From the NCBI GenBank assembly GCA_963676395.1, contig OY781066.1, positions 2,144,001-2,208,000 of the forward strand: DNA of 64,000 bases, in the 5' to 3' direction. Below are positions 1-9,781 of this stretch, piece by piece. The notes beneath the pieces are model-generated. The model was given only the letters and a program-made list of their open reading frames with translations, made no database searches and was not told the DNA's origin. Each line of letters starts with the position of its first letter. Within the stretch, counting starts at the first letter, position 1. Source of the stretch: a bacterium (GTDB lineage: Bacteria; Fidelibacterota; Fidelibacteria; Fidelibacterales; Fidelibacteraceae). Made by a program: the position numbers and the translations under genes.

Positions 1-2
1 GC

Positions 3-200
3 AGACGATTTGATCGTCGACCTGTCTTTGACCACGATCAATGTATTCTTTGCAAACGCTGTGTAGAAATATGTAAGTCTGGAGCACTTGAAGTGAAGGA
101 CGGTAAAATCCAAATCACTGATGCGCAATGTATCCGTTGCTACTGTTGTCATGAGATTTGTCCCGTGAACGCCATTACCATTAAACGAAAGGTATTTTAA
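3..200 (+). CDS. C-terminal 2x[4Fe-4S] ferredoxin-like domain, 5'-truncated by window (possibly DUF362-type Fe-S protein)
   Basis: Manual translation gives CILCKRCVEICK...CIRCYCCHEICP (two CxxCxxCxxxC motifs); stop overlaps next start (TAATG). Confidence 0.8.
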   Translation, partial: RRFDRRPVFDHDQCILCKRCVEICKSGALEVKDGKIQITDAQCIRCYCCHEICPVNAITIKRKVF

Positions 201-1423
201 TGAAGAAGATTTTAGCTATAGTATTAATTATATCAAGTGTTGCGTTTGCCTGTACCTCCGCCGTGATAAGTGGGAAAGCTACACCCGATGGTCGCCCATT
301 GCTTTGGAAACATCGAGATACCGGTTCTTTAGAAAATAAACTGGTGAAGATTACTGATAGCGGTTATGATTTTATGGGTGTTGCAAATGTAAATGATCCG
401 AATTCGGAAAATATATGGATGGGAATGAACGAAAAAGGCTTTGCTATTATGAATACGGCTTCATATAACATCAACGAAGGTGTCGTTTGCATGATAGAAC
501 CCGATCAGGAAGGTATATTTATGCGTCAAGCATTGGAATCTTGTGCAAATTTGCATGATTTTGAGCTAATGCTGGAAAGAACGTCCGGTCAGCGTGGTGT
601 CGCGGCCAATTTTGGTGCCATTGATGCCGAGGGAAATGCAGCTTATTACGAAACAGGTTTTTATGACTACACGAAATTTGATGTTAACGACCCCCAAACT
701 GCGCCTGAAGGCTACATAGTCCGCACCAATTACTCGTTCACGGGTAAAGGCGACAATGGGGTGGGCTATATACGATACGACGCTACAAGCGAGCTCTTTG
801 CGAATCAGAGAGAATTTACTCCCGAGTTTATCTTTAAAGAAGCAACGCGTAATATGAATCATGGTTTGCTTAAAAAAGATATCGGCAATGTAAAATTGCC
901 GAAAGACTTTAGCGATGTGACTATGATGGATTTTCAAGACTATGTTATTCGTTATTCTTCTGCTTCTGTGATGGTGGTTCAGGGAGTAAAAGAAGATGAA
1001 GATCCTAAACACGGTGTTCTTTGGACTCTCTTGGGCTTCCCTATGACAACGATGCTGACTCCCGTCTTTTTTACGGATGATGTTGAGCTTCCTCAGGTAT
1101 TGAGTACCTCAAATGAACATGCGCCATTTATATCCGCAGCTTCACTGGCTTTAAAAAAAGAATTATTCCCGGTTAAATATGATGATCATAAAAATTACAT
1201 TGATGTTTCTAAAATGAAAAATCGTAAGAAAACCGGATATATGCAGCGAGTCATGAAAGCTGAAAACGATATCGTTGCAAAAGCTAAAGCTGTTCAAGAG
1301 AACCGTTCCAATGAAGCGATTACCGAATATTATAAATGGTTAGATAGCTATGTCTACGAATTCTATTCACCTCTTTTACCCAAAGAAGCCATAAAGTATA
1401 ATTTACCAAGATGTAAAAAGTAA
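200..1423 (+). CDS. Secreted Ntn-hydrolase, peptidase C45 / isopenicillin-N acyltransferase-like
   Basis: Signal peptide ending AFA then Cys nucleophile CTSAVISGKATPDGRPLLWKHRD; GMNEKGFAIMN; RTNY. Confidence 0.75.
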   Translation: MKKILAIVLIISSVAFACTSAVISGKATPDGRPLLWKHRDTGSLENKLVKITDSGYDFMGVANVNDPNSENIWMGMNEKGFAIMNTASYNINEGVVCMIEPDQEGIFMRQALESCANLHDFELMLERTSGQRGVAANFGAIDAEGNAAYYETGFYDYTKFDVNDPQTAPEGYIVRTNYSFTGKGDNGVGYIRYDATSELFANQREFTPEFIFKEATRNMNHGLLKKDIGNVKLPKDFSDVTMMDFQDYVIRYSSASVMVVQGVKEDEDPKHGVLWTLLGFPMTTMLTPVFFTDDVELPQVLSTSNEHAPFISAASLALKKELFPVKYDDHKNYIDVSKMKNRKKTGYMQRVMKAENDIVAKAKAVQENRSNEAITEYYKWLDSYVYEFYSPLLPKEAIKYNLPRCKK

Positions 1424-1529
1424 AAAATTTGGATCAAACCTAAGTGTTCGCCCACTTATTTATTTTTATTGATTTTAAGTTGAATCGTAGGTTTTTCAGT
1501 TCTATAAATTCATTCTCAAGCTTCAATGA

Positions 1530-2402
1530 TTAAGCTTCTTTTTTATATAAATAAACAAAAGCAGCTACAATGATCACAGAGCCTAAAATACTCCAAACAT
1601 CGGGAAATTCTTGTAAAAAGATCATGCCAACAACAGCTGTAAATAATACATGCATGTATTTGTAAGGAGCAATAGAACTGGCTGCAGTGTAACGATATGA
1701 TTCAGTCATAAAGATCTGGCCAATTCCCGCACAAATTCCAATCCCCAATAGATAGAGCCATTCCAGTGGAGTCGGCATAACAAATTGCATGATAACAATA
1801 GGAAGGGTGACGATGAATGAAATCCACGAAAAATAAAAAACGATAGTGGCAGGTTTTTCACCACGAACATTTAATAAGCGGATCATTGCATATGCAAAAC
1901 CGGCAAATATTGCCGAAGCAAAACCTGTTGCTGCCGGAATAATTTCCATGTTAAAGTGGGGCTTTATAATTAGCAATGATGCAAAAAAAGCAACTGTAAT
2001 TGCAATAATCTGATGACGTCCCAGCTTTTCTTTTAAAAATATTGCTGCAAAAAGAATAACAAAAAAAGGCGAGAGCTTATTTAGCATTGTTCCATCACTA
2101 AGTCCCATATGATTAATGCTGTAAAAATAAAATATTACTCCAAAAAGACCACCAAGTCCTCTTAAAACGAGGAAAATACGGTTTTTTTTCTGCCCCCAAA
2201 CCGAGTCGCCATTTCGGATAATCAGAGCCAAAGCTATAATGAGTGCAACAAAATTTCTAAAAAATACTTTTTCAAATAAGGGTAAATCTCCCGCAAGCCG
2301 AACCAATAGCGACATAATCGCAAAAGCGAGAGAAGAAATAATCATAAAAATGACGGATTTTTTGTAGTTATTTTTCATTATAAAAAAATAAAATAAAAAC
2401 AA
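1530..2402 (-). CDS. DMT/EamA family transporter
   Basis: About 10 TM helices; FFRN, LSPFFV..FLKEK motifs; start may be the ATG of MKNNYKK. Confidence 0.9.
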   Translation of the reverse strand: MFLFYFFIMKNNYKKSVIFMIISSLAFAIMSLLVRLAGDLPLFEKVFFRNFVALIIALALIIRNGDSVWGQKKNRIFLVLRGLGGLFGVIFYFYSINHMGLSDGTMLNKLSPFFVILFAAIFLKEKLGRHQIIAITVAFFASLLIIKPHFNMEIIPAATGFASAIFAGFAYAMIRLLNVRGEKPATIVFYFSWISFIVTLPIVIMQFVMPTPLEWLYLLGIGICAGIGQIFMTESYRYTAASSIAPYKYMHVLFTAVVGMIFLQEFPDVWSILGSVIIVAAFVYLYKKEA

Positions 2403-2421
2403 GAACTTTCATATCAAAATC

Positions 2422-2450
2422 TTGACTACGGTTTAGATTCTAGTTAGATT
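2422..2450 (+). promoter_or_regulatory. Putative sigma70 promoter
   Basis: TTGACT-N17-TAGATT upstream of the AMP-binding gene. Confidence 0.5.
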
Positions 2451-2471
2451 ATCCGGCTATTGTAAATTTAT

Positions 2472-3965
2472 TTGGGAGTTGGTCGTATCATATCGAACTA
2501 TTCGACATTTTTTAAGCAAGTTCAACGTACTCCGGATGAGGTATTTATTTACAGTGACAATATGTCATTGACTTATAAAGAGGTATTCGAATCCTCGTTG
2601 AAACTTGCTAACCATTTGCATGAACAAGGTATTGGTAAAGATACCCGTGTTGTTGTTATGTTGCCCAATATTCCTGAATTGGTTTATACTTGGTTGGCAC
2701 TATCCAGGTTAGAAGCTATGATGATCCCGGTAAATGTTAATTACAAATCATTGGCTTTAAGATATATTATTGATGATAGCTCTGCCACTGCCGTTATTTA
2801 TCATCATGATTCAGAAGAAGATGTTTTGAATGCGACAAATATTTTAACCGGGCTAGAAAGTATGATAGTCATCGGTGAAAGTGACAATGTCGATGCGGTA
2901 GATTTCTTGCAGTATAAAGAAAAACCATTGTTTGGTGGACCTTACAATCCAAATGCCGATGATACGAATGCTATGTTCTATAGTGGGGCGTCAACGGGAC
3001 CTGCAAAATATGCCAAATACTCCAATTATATGTTATATCGCAATGCGAATGACTATATATCTGCTATCATGCTTAAACCTCGTGATATAGTTTTTTCAGA
3101 GTTTCCTCTAACACATTGCTTCGGCTATGTAGGTGTTTTGAATGCCGTGGTTAACGCCGGAGCTTCTTTAGCTATAAGCACGATCATGGAAGAAGATCAT
3201 CTTAAGGCTATGATGGAAAGGATCAAACCGAACTGTTTGGTATTAGAACCATCATTTATATCCACATTGATCGAACAAAATGTAGAATTGGATTTTCCGG
3301 AAAGTGTAAACTACATTATTACGGGTGGCGGGCGTCTTAAAAAAGAAATTCATAAGAAGTTTATGGATATTTATAAACGACCCATTTTTAAAGTCTATGG
3401 TATGATTGAAGCCGGACCAATTCTTACGGTTAATACCAATACAGAAAAATTTACATCGATTGGCACAAGCCTTTCGAATGTTTCTATTACACTTCGTAAG
3501 AATGGAAAAATGCTTACTGAAGAACAGACCGGTGAGATTTGTGTTGTTTCAAGTATTCTTACCGAAGACCTACATAAGTTACTTGCCGATCAATTCGAAG
3601 ATGGTTGGTACCATACCGGTGATTTGGGACGACTAGATCCCGATGGCTATTTATATTTTGTTGATCGTAAGGCTTATGTGATCAATGTATGTGGTTTTGA
3701 AGTATATCCTGAGCAAATCGAAATGGAATTGCTTAAGCATCCTATGATCCGGGAGGTTGTCGTTGCGGGTGCCCCGAAAGATGAATTCTCGGAGAGTATT
3801 CAGGCTTACATCATACAAAAAGAAGGTAAGCGGCCATCAGACAGTGAGCTCATTGAATTTCTTGAAAAGGTATTACCAAAGTATCAAATACCCGAAAAAT
3901 TTATATATGTCAATCACTTCCCAAAATCTCCTACGGGAAAAGTGGTTAGACAAGCTTTGAAATAA
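2472..3965 (+). CDS. Class I adenylate-forming enzyme (acyl-CoA synthetase-like), divergent
   Basis: WYHTGDLG, YFVDR, VYPEQIE, PKSPTGKV motifs; degenerate P-loop YSGASTGPAK. Confidence 0.85.
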   Translation: MGVGRIISNYSTFFKQVQRTPDEVFIYSDNMSLTYKEVFESSLKLANHLHEQGIGKDTRVVVMLPNIPELVYTWLALSRLEAMMIPVNVNYKSLALRYIIDDSSATAVIYHHDSEEDVLNATNILTGLESMIVIGESDNVDAVDFLQYKEKPLFGGPYNPNADDTNAMFYSGASTGPAKYAKYSNYMLYRNANDYISAIMLKPRDIVFSEFPLTHCFGYVGVLNAVVNAGASLAISTIMEEDHLKAMMERIKPNCLVLEPSFISTLIEQNVELDFPESVNYIITGGGRLKKEIHKKFMDIYKRPIFKVYGMIEAGPILTVNTNTEKFTSIGTSLSNVSITLRKNGKMLTEEQTGEICVVSSILTEDLHKLLADQFEDGWYHTGDLGRLDPDGYLYFVDRKAYVINVCGFEVYPEQIEMELLKHPMIREVVVAGAPKDEFSESIQAYIIQKEGKRPSDSELIEFLEKVLPKYQIPEKFIYVNHFPKSPTGKVVRQALK

Positions 3966-3994
3966 GATAATAAACCCATTATGGAGGAAATATA

Positions 3995-6064
3995 ATGGCA
4001 ACTTTAACCAAAGATATTCGCAATATCGCATTGGTTGGACATTCAGCGACAGGTAAGACTCTCCTGGCAGATGCTTTCTTGCTGAATGCCGGGACGATCA
4101 ATCGTCTTGGATCTATTCAGGAAGGAACAACCACTTCCGATTATACACAAGAAGAAATAGATCGACAGATCTCTTTGCGTGCATCAATGATACATGTCAA
4201 TCAAAATGGTGTTAAGTTAAACGTACTTGACACTCCGGGTTATATGGATTTTTCCGGTGAATTGGCTGCAGTTTCTCATGTTGTTGATTCAGCGCTTTTA
4301 ACTGTTGATGCTTGTGCAAATACCATCGAAGTCGGTACCGAATTGGCTTGGGAATCGATGGAAAATAACGATGTTGCAACATTTTTTGCAATATCTATGC
4401 TTGATAAAGAGCACACACATTTTGATAAAATTGTTACAGATCTTCAGGCACGTTACGGTGATCGCGTATTTACTATGCAGTTCCCTGTGAATGAAGGTCC
4501 GGCATTGAATGCGATTGTTGATGTTCTAAAGAAAAAAGTTCTTGTCTATGATGACAAAGGCAAATATACAGAAGAAGATCTAAATGATGATCAACAAGCA
4601 CAAGTGGATGAACTCTATGAAAAACTTGTTGAACTTGTTGCAGAGTCTGATGACGCTTTGCTTGAAAAATACTTCGAAGAAGGTGAATTGAGCGAAGAAG
4701 AGATCAATGCAGGTCTTGTAGCTGCAGTTAAAGGAAGAAGTTTATTTCCTGTATTGGCTGTTTCTTCAATGAAAAATGTTGGTGTGACTCGCTTGGCAGA
4801 GATCTTGGCAGAAGTTGCTCCGTCTCCAGCTAGCGAAGTTAAAGCTATAAAAAATGGTGTGGACGTTGTACGTAAAGTTGATGCCAATGAACCTACCAGT
4901 ATTTTTATTTTCAAGAATGTTTATGAACAGCATGTTGGTGAAATGTCATACTTTAAAGTGATGACAGGGACATTGAAAACCGGTATGGATTTGAAAAATG
5001 TTCAAACAAATTCATCAGAACGTTTTGGTTCTATTTTTATGGTAAATGGGCACGATCGAACGGATGCTGTTGAATTGCAAGCCGGTGATATCGGTACCGC
5101 CGTAAAGTTAAAAGATACACATACTTGTAACTCACTATGTGATTCAAAAGAAATGGTTGAATATCCTGCCATTGCTTACCCCGAACCCATTATTCGTGTT
5201 GCCGTTGAAGCTACAGCAAAAGGTGATGATGAAAAGATCGGTATGGGCTTGACTCAGGTACGTGCTGAAGATCCTTCATTTTACTATGAAGTAGATCCGG
5301 AATTAAAACAAACAATCGTTTCAGGTCAAGGCGAAACTCACTTGGAAGTATGCTTGAAGAAGATAGAAGATAGATATAATATTTCTATCAATCAGGTAGA
5401 ACCTAAGATCCCTTATCGTGAAACTATTCGTAAGACCGCTGAAGGTCATTACAGACATAAAAAACAGTCCGGTGGTGCCGGTCAGTTTGGTGAAGTTTAT
5501 CTTCGCTTGGAACCTCAGCAACGCGGTGAAGGCATTGAATTTGTATCTGAATTGGTTGGTATGAATGTTGATCGCTCTTTTGTCCCTTCAGTTGAAAAAG
5601 GTGTAAAACAAGCAACAGTTGAAGGTCCTTTGACAGGTTCAACTGTTATTGATGTAAAAGTTGCCTTCTACGATGGTAAACAACATCCTGTTGATTCAAA
5701 AGATATCGCATTCCAGATCGCCGGTCGCGGTGCTTTTCGTGAAGCTTTTGAAAAAGCTGATCCTATCTTACTTGAACCTGTATACGAAATGGAAGTAAAG
5801 ATCCCTGAAGAATACATGGGTGATGTAATGGGTGATGTTTCCTCTCGTCGCGGTAAGGTTTTGGGTATGGATTCTGATGGCCATAACCAGATTATCAAAG
5901 CCGCTGTTCCTCTTTCAAACTTGTATAAATATGCCAACACCCTGCGTTCAATTTCACAGGGTCGTGGTCAGTACAAACGCAAGTTCTCTCACTACGAATA
6001 CGTTCCTAAAGATATTCAAGATAAGGTAGTGGCAGAGCATAAGAAAGCTCAGGAAGAAGCTTAA
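3995..6064 (+). CDS. fusA: Elongation factor G paralog (EF-G2 type)
   Basis: Full EF-G layout (HKKQSGGAGQFGEV, HPVDS, LLEPVY, GDVMGD); non-canonical G motifs; not in an rpsL-rpsG-tuf context; GGAGG SD. Confidence 0.92.
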   Translation: MATLTKDIRNIALVGHSATGKTLLADAFLLNAGTINRLGSIQEGTTTSDYTQEEIDRQISLRASMIHVNQNGVKLNVLDTPGYMDFSGELAAVSHVVDSALLTVDACANTIEVGTELAWESMENNDVATFFAISMLDKEHTHFDKIVTDLQARYGDRVFTMQFPVNEGPALNAIVDVLKKKVLVYDDKGKYTEEDLNDDQQAQVDELYEKLVELVAESDDALLEKYFEEGELSEEEINAGLVAAVKGRSLFPVLAVSSMKNVGVTRLAEILAEVAPSPASEVKAIKNGVDVVRKVDANEPTSIFIFKNVYEQHVGEMSYFKVMTGTLKTGMDLKNVQTNSSERFGSIFMVNGHDRTDAVELQAGDIGTAVKLKDTHTCNSLCDSKEMVEYPAIAYPEPIIRVAVEATAKGDDEKIGMGLTQVRAEDPSFYYEVDPELKQTIVSGQGETHLEVCLKKIEDRYNISINQVEPKIPYRETIRKTAEGHYRHKKQSGGAGQFGEVYLRLEPQQRGEGIEFVSELVGMNVDRSFVPSVEKGVKQATVEGPLTGSTVIDVKVAFYDGKQHPVDSKDIAFQIAGRGAFREAFEKADPILLEPVYEMEVKIPEEYMGDVMGDVSSRRGKVLGMDSDGHNQIIKAAVPLSNLYKYANTLRSISQGRGQYKRKFSHYEYVPKDIQDKVVAEHKKAQEEA

Positions 6065-6091
6065 TCTTATAAAATCAAATGGTTTATATAG

Positions 6092-6121
6092 ACACGGACA
6101 CCATTTGGTGTCCGTGTTTTT
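6092..6121 (+). terminator. Intrinsic terminator after EF-G2
   Basis: acacggacacca / tggtgtccgtgt stem followed by T run. Confidence 0.85.
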
Positions 6122-6147
6122 AATATCATAAAAAAAAGGAGAAAAAA

Positions 6148-6474
6148 ATGACTTATTTGCAGATCGATAGGTTTACCGGCTTACTCAAGGTATTGATCGA
6201 TCTAGCCAGAACAGGCAATAGAGAAGATATTGATATGATCTTTAATGAACTGAATAAAGACTCAACAATTGAAGAAACACGTTATGTTGATTTTGCCTTA
6301 AGTTTAGTTGAGAACGAAAAAGGTATTCAACGAATAGAATATTATCTATTTAACGGAAGCCAGATGCAAAGAAACTATGCATCGCTTTTTTTCAATCGAC
6401 GAGGAGATTATGATCTGATCGAGAAAGCAAATAAAGAAGGTCTGATAGATGATCTGCAGGCGTTTATAAGATGA
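6148..6474 (+). CDS. Hypothetical helical protein
   Basis: 108 aa ORF with AAGGAG SD; no motif recognised. Confidence 0.7.
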   Translation: MTYLQIDRFTGLLKVLIDLARTGNREDIDMIFNELNKDSTIEETRYVDFALSLVENEKGIQRIEYYLFNGSQMQRNYASLFFNRRGDYDLIEKANKEGLIDDLQAFIR

Positions 6475-6545
6475 AAATGTGATATGGGTCACAGTTTTGA
6501 ATTTGGGGGTAAAAAATAAGAATTAATTTATTAAAATATCCTGCA

Positions 6546-6570
6546 TAGAGACGCAAGCATTGCGTCTCCA
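6546..6570. repeat. REP-like palindrome (GTAG class)
   Basis: tagagacgcaa-gca-ttgcgtctcca with 9-bp perfect stem; related copies at 20104, 45706, 50294. Confidence 0.7.
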
Positions 6571-6782
6571 AAAAGAATAAATTTGGACCCCAGCGTAAAA
6601 ATCTATCTTCGATTATAAGAGGATACAAGGCATCAATTACTTCATATGCATGCAAAAAAGATATTATATTTGCGTGGCAAGCAAGATTTCATGATAGAAT
6701 CATTGATGATATGCTTGATTTAGTGAAATGCGAAAAATACATACATAGTAATTCAGTTAATTGGAAATATGAGGAATCTACC

Positions 6783-7298
6783 ATGCCCATCACCATCATC
6801 GAAATAAAAGCCCGTAGCACACAACATAACAAAGTACGCGAAATACTAAAAAAAGCAGGTGCTGATTTTAAAGGTAAAGATCATCAGGTCGATACTTACT
6901 TTAATGTGTCTAATGGCCGCTTAAAGCTGCGTGAAGGCAAGATCGAGAATAATTTGATCCAACTAGTACGTCCGGACCGAAAAGGGCCTAAACAGTCCTC
7001 TGTGCTTTTATATAAATTAAGCCCGGATTCTTCGCTTAAAAGCATTCTTGCCAAAGCTAATGGCATTCTTGCGATCGTTGATAAACAAAGAGAGATCTAT
7101 TTTATTGAAAACATAAAAATTCATATTGATACCGTAAAAGATCTGGGCACATTTATAGAGATAGAAGCGATCGATGAGACGGGGGAGATAGGAAGAGAAA
7201 AACTTTTGCAGCAATGTCAGCATTATTTGGATCTTTTTGATGTAAAAGAAGAAGAACTTGTGGATCGGTCATATTCGGATTTATTGGAGAAACTGTAA
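6783..7298 (+). CDS. CYTH-domain protein / class IV adenylate cyclase-like
   Basis: IEIKAR, QVDTYF, RLKLRE, LGTFIEIE motifs; start moved to ATG 6783 after GAGG SD. Confidence 0.88.
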   Translation: MPITIIEIKARSTQHNKVREILKKAGADFKGKDHQVDTYFNVSNGRLKLREGKIENNLIQLVRPDRKGPKQSSVLLYKLSPDSSLKSILAKANGILAIVDKQREIYFIENIKIHIDTVKDLGTFIEIEAIDETGEIGREKLLQQCQHYLDLFDVKEEELVDRSYSDLLEKL

Positions 7299-7394
7299 TA
7301 ATACTTTGTTAATACGAAATATATATGTAAAATAAAGAGTAAATTAAATAAGTATAATGATTATTATGTTAATTGTATTAAAAAAGGAGAAAAA

Positions 7395-8033
7395 ATGAAA
7401 AAGCTATTAATTGTGTTATTTGTTATCCTCATCACTTTCTCATTTGCTGCTGAAAAAGAAAAAGTAATAGAAATTGGCGTAACAACGACAAGACCTCTAT
7501 ACAATTCTTATAATTTTATGGCTAAAATTGGAGATGATCATTCTGTACTAAGAATTGGATCAATAAGTGCTACAAATTACATGTATTGGCAGTCAGAGGA
7601 CGATATTAATGCGAATGATACACTTTTTAGAAATTTAACATTTACTTCAAATAGCGTAGGATTTGCAATTGGACGAGAAATAAGAAAAGATTTAAAAGAT
7701 AATTTTGAATTGCGATATGGTATGGATTTTACTTTTGCTTTAAGTCAAAGAAAATCAGAGGATGTACATGATACACTATATACTGTTGCTCAAGTTGATT
7801 TTGGAATTTCACCTGGACTTCGTTTTGTATTTGGGTTGAATTACGTGTTAAATGATAACATTGTTTTTGGAATAGAGGTTTTACCTAAATTGTACTTTAA
7901 CTATTCTTGTAATAAAAGATTATATGATTATGTGGACCCCAGTCTAGAAGATCGAATTGATAGTCAAAAAAAATATATGTGGCAATTTGATTTTTCATCA
8001 CTTGCCTTGTTATCAATTTCCTACAGATTCTAA
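7395..8033 (+). CDS. Putative outer-membrane beta-barrel protein
   Basis: Signal peptide, amphipathic beta strands, C-terminal ISYRF. Confidence 0.65.
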   Translation: MKKLLIVLFVILITFSFAAEKEKVIEIGVTTTRPLYNSYNFMAKIGDDHSVLRIGSISATNYMYWQSEDDINANDTLFRNLTFTSNSVGFAIGREIRKDLKDNFELRYGMDFTFALSQRKSEDVHDTLYTVAQVDFGISPGLRFVFGLNYVLNDNIVFGIEVLPKLYFNYSCNKRLYDYVDPSLEDRIDSQKKYMWQFDFSSLALLSISYRF

Positions 8034-8051
8034 ACAAATTGAATACACATT

Positions 8052-8080
8052 AAAAGCCTCGTACTGAGGCTTTTTTATTT
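8052..8080 (+). terminator. Intrinsic terminator
   Basis: aaaagcctc-gtact-gaggctttttt. Confidence 0.8.
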
Positions 8081-8285
8081 TCATGAATATTTTTAAGTGC
8101 TTCATTATTACCATGTCTGATATTATTGTAAAGTATTTGCCGTAAATGTTATGAAAGAAGTTATAATAGGTAAGTTGTAAGGAACAGACATATCTGTTCT
8201 TTAGCGTAAATTTATATTCATCATCTGATTTTCTTGTCTCTTGTTCTATATTATTGTATTTTGCCTTGAAAAAATAAGGTATAAT

Positions 8286-9374
8286 ATGTTTATAGATATC
8301 CTGAAAAAAGAAAAACACAGTAAAGAAGACCTCATTGAACTTTTATCGGCCAAGGACAAGGATCAGGAGCTTTTATTTGAATATGCCGAAAAAGTAAGGT
8401 TGGAACATACAGGCAATAAAGTTTATTTGCGTGGCTTGATAGAGTTATCAAACATATGTGCGAAAAATTGTTTTTACTGTGGCATAAGAAGATCAAATTC
8501 ACATGTTCATCGCTATGATTTAAGTGATGAAGAGGTTTTTTCAGCCGCCAAATATGCTTATGAACAGAAATACGGTTCACTGGTGATACAATGTGGTGAA
8601 TTGACATCTAAAAAATTTACCGATCGTATTGCGCGATTGCTTAAAGGTATAAAAGAAATTTCTAATGATGATATGCGTGTAACCCTTTCTATGGGTGAAC
8701 AGAGTCCTGATGTTTTCAAAGAATGGCAAGAAGCGGGCGCGCATCGCTATCTTGTAAGAATTGAGTCTTCAAATCGTGGTCTATATGAAAAAATTCATCC
8801 AAAAGATGAATTACACTCGTATGATAAGCGATTACAATCACTTAAAGATCTGAGAGCGGCGGGTTTTCAAGTCGGTACAGGTGTGATGATCGGCTTACCG
8901 TTTCAAACTTTGGATGATTTAGCTTCTGATTTGATATTTATGCGAGATATTGATATTCACATGGTGGGTATGGGACCATATTTAGAACATCATGATACAC
9001 CTTTATATCAATATAAAGATATACTATTGCCACAGAATGAGCGTTTTGAATTAAGCCTTAAGATGGTCGCGATTTTAAGGATTATCATGAAAGATATTAA
9101 TATAGCGGCAACAACGGCAATGCAAACTATTCACCCACATGGTAGAATGATGGCCATTAAGGCCGGAGCTAATGTATTTATGCCCAATATTACTCCCGGA
9201 GAGGCAAGAGAAGACTACAACCTCTATGAGAATAAACCCGGTACAGATAAAAGCCCGGAGGACTATCTAAAAAGTGTTGAAGAGCGAATTAGCAAGATAG
9301 GTTATCATTTAGCAATAGGTGAAATGGGTGATTCGCTTCATTACCTAAGAGGGAAAGATAAATTTACTAACTAA
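8286..9374 (+). CDS. hydE: [FeFe]-hydrogenase H-cluster radical SAM maturase HydE
   Basis: RGLIELSNICAKNCFYCGIRR (CxxxCxxC), GTGVMIGLP, GANVFMPNITP, C-terminal YNLYENKP (YxxY); start taken at ATG 8286. Confidence 0.82.
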   Translation: MFIDILKKEKHSKEDLIELLSAKDKDQELLFEYAEKVRLEHTGNKVYLRGLIELSNICAKNCFYCGIRRSNSHVHRYDLSDEEVFSAAKYAYEQKYGSLVIQCGELTSKKFTDRIARLLKGIKEISNDDMRVTLSMGEQSPDVFKEWQEAGAHRYLVRIESSNRGLYEKIHPKDELHSYDKRLQSLKDLRAAGFQVGTGVMIGLPFQTLDDLASDLIFMRDIDIHMVGMGPYLEHHDTPLYQYKDILLPQNERFELSLKMVAILRIIMKDINIAATTAMQTIHPHGRMMAIKAGANVFMPNITPGEAREDYNLYENKPGTDKSPEDYLKSVEERISKIGYHLAIGEMGDSLHYLRGKDKFTN

Positions 9375-9487
9375 AGAATGATTTGAACTTTATCTGTAGT
9401 TTTTTAATCAAGGATATGTAAGTCAAATCATTCAAATTCTTGAAGTATTCATGACTGTATAGTATATTAGGTCAATTGGAGGTATTT

Positions 9488-9712
9488 ATGAGAATAGGCA
9501 AAATTTTAATTCATTTCATCATGGTATTTATTATAGCTTTTACTGTAACGGCAGCAGTAACTGCACTGTATGGTAGAATACTTCATGGAGCTTGTGGCCT
9601 TGACCTGGAAAAGGCAATAGTCTTTGGTTCAGTTTTTGGTGTAATGTTCACATGGGCTGAAGCTAGACGTATAGAACGTACTGAGGATGAAGACGACAAT
9701 CCTTACGATTAG
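9488..9712 (+). CDS. Small two-TM membrane protein
   Basis: GGAGG SD then ATG 9488; two hydrophobic segments. Confidence 0.65.
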   Translation: MRIGKILIHFIMVFIIAFTVTAAVTALYGRILHGACGLDLEKAIVFGSVFGVMFTWAEARRIERTEDEDDNPYD

Positions 9713-9727
9713 TAAAAACGGATTAAA

Positions 9728-9765
9728 AAATAAAAAAGGGATTCTTTGAATCCCTTTTTTTATTT
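9728..9765. terminator. Bidirectional terminator
   Basis: aaaaaagggattc-ttt-gaatccctttttt between convergent genes. Confidence 0.85.
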
Positions 9766-9781
9766 CAGTGAATTATTTTTT

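Noticed and set aside
6474..8060. Possible integron cassette array
   Set aside because: No RYYYAAC...GTTRRRY attC structure after the stops and no integrase
8261..8285. TATAAT immediately before the hydE ATG
   Set aside because: No room for a transcription start and no properly spaced -35
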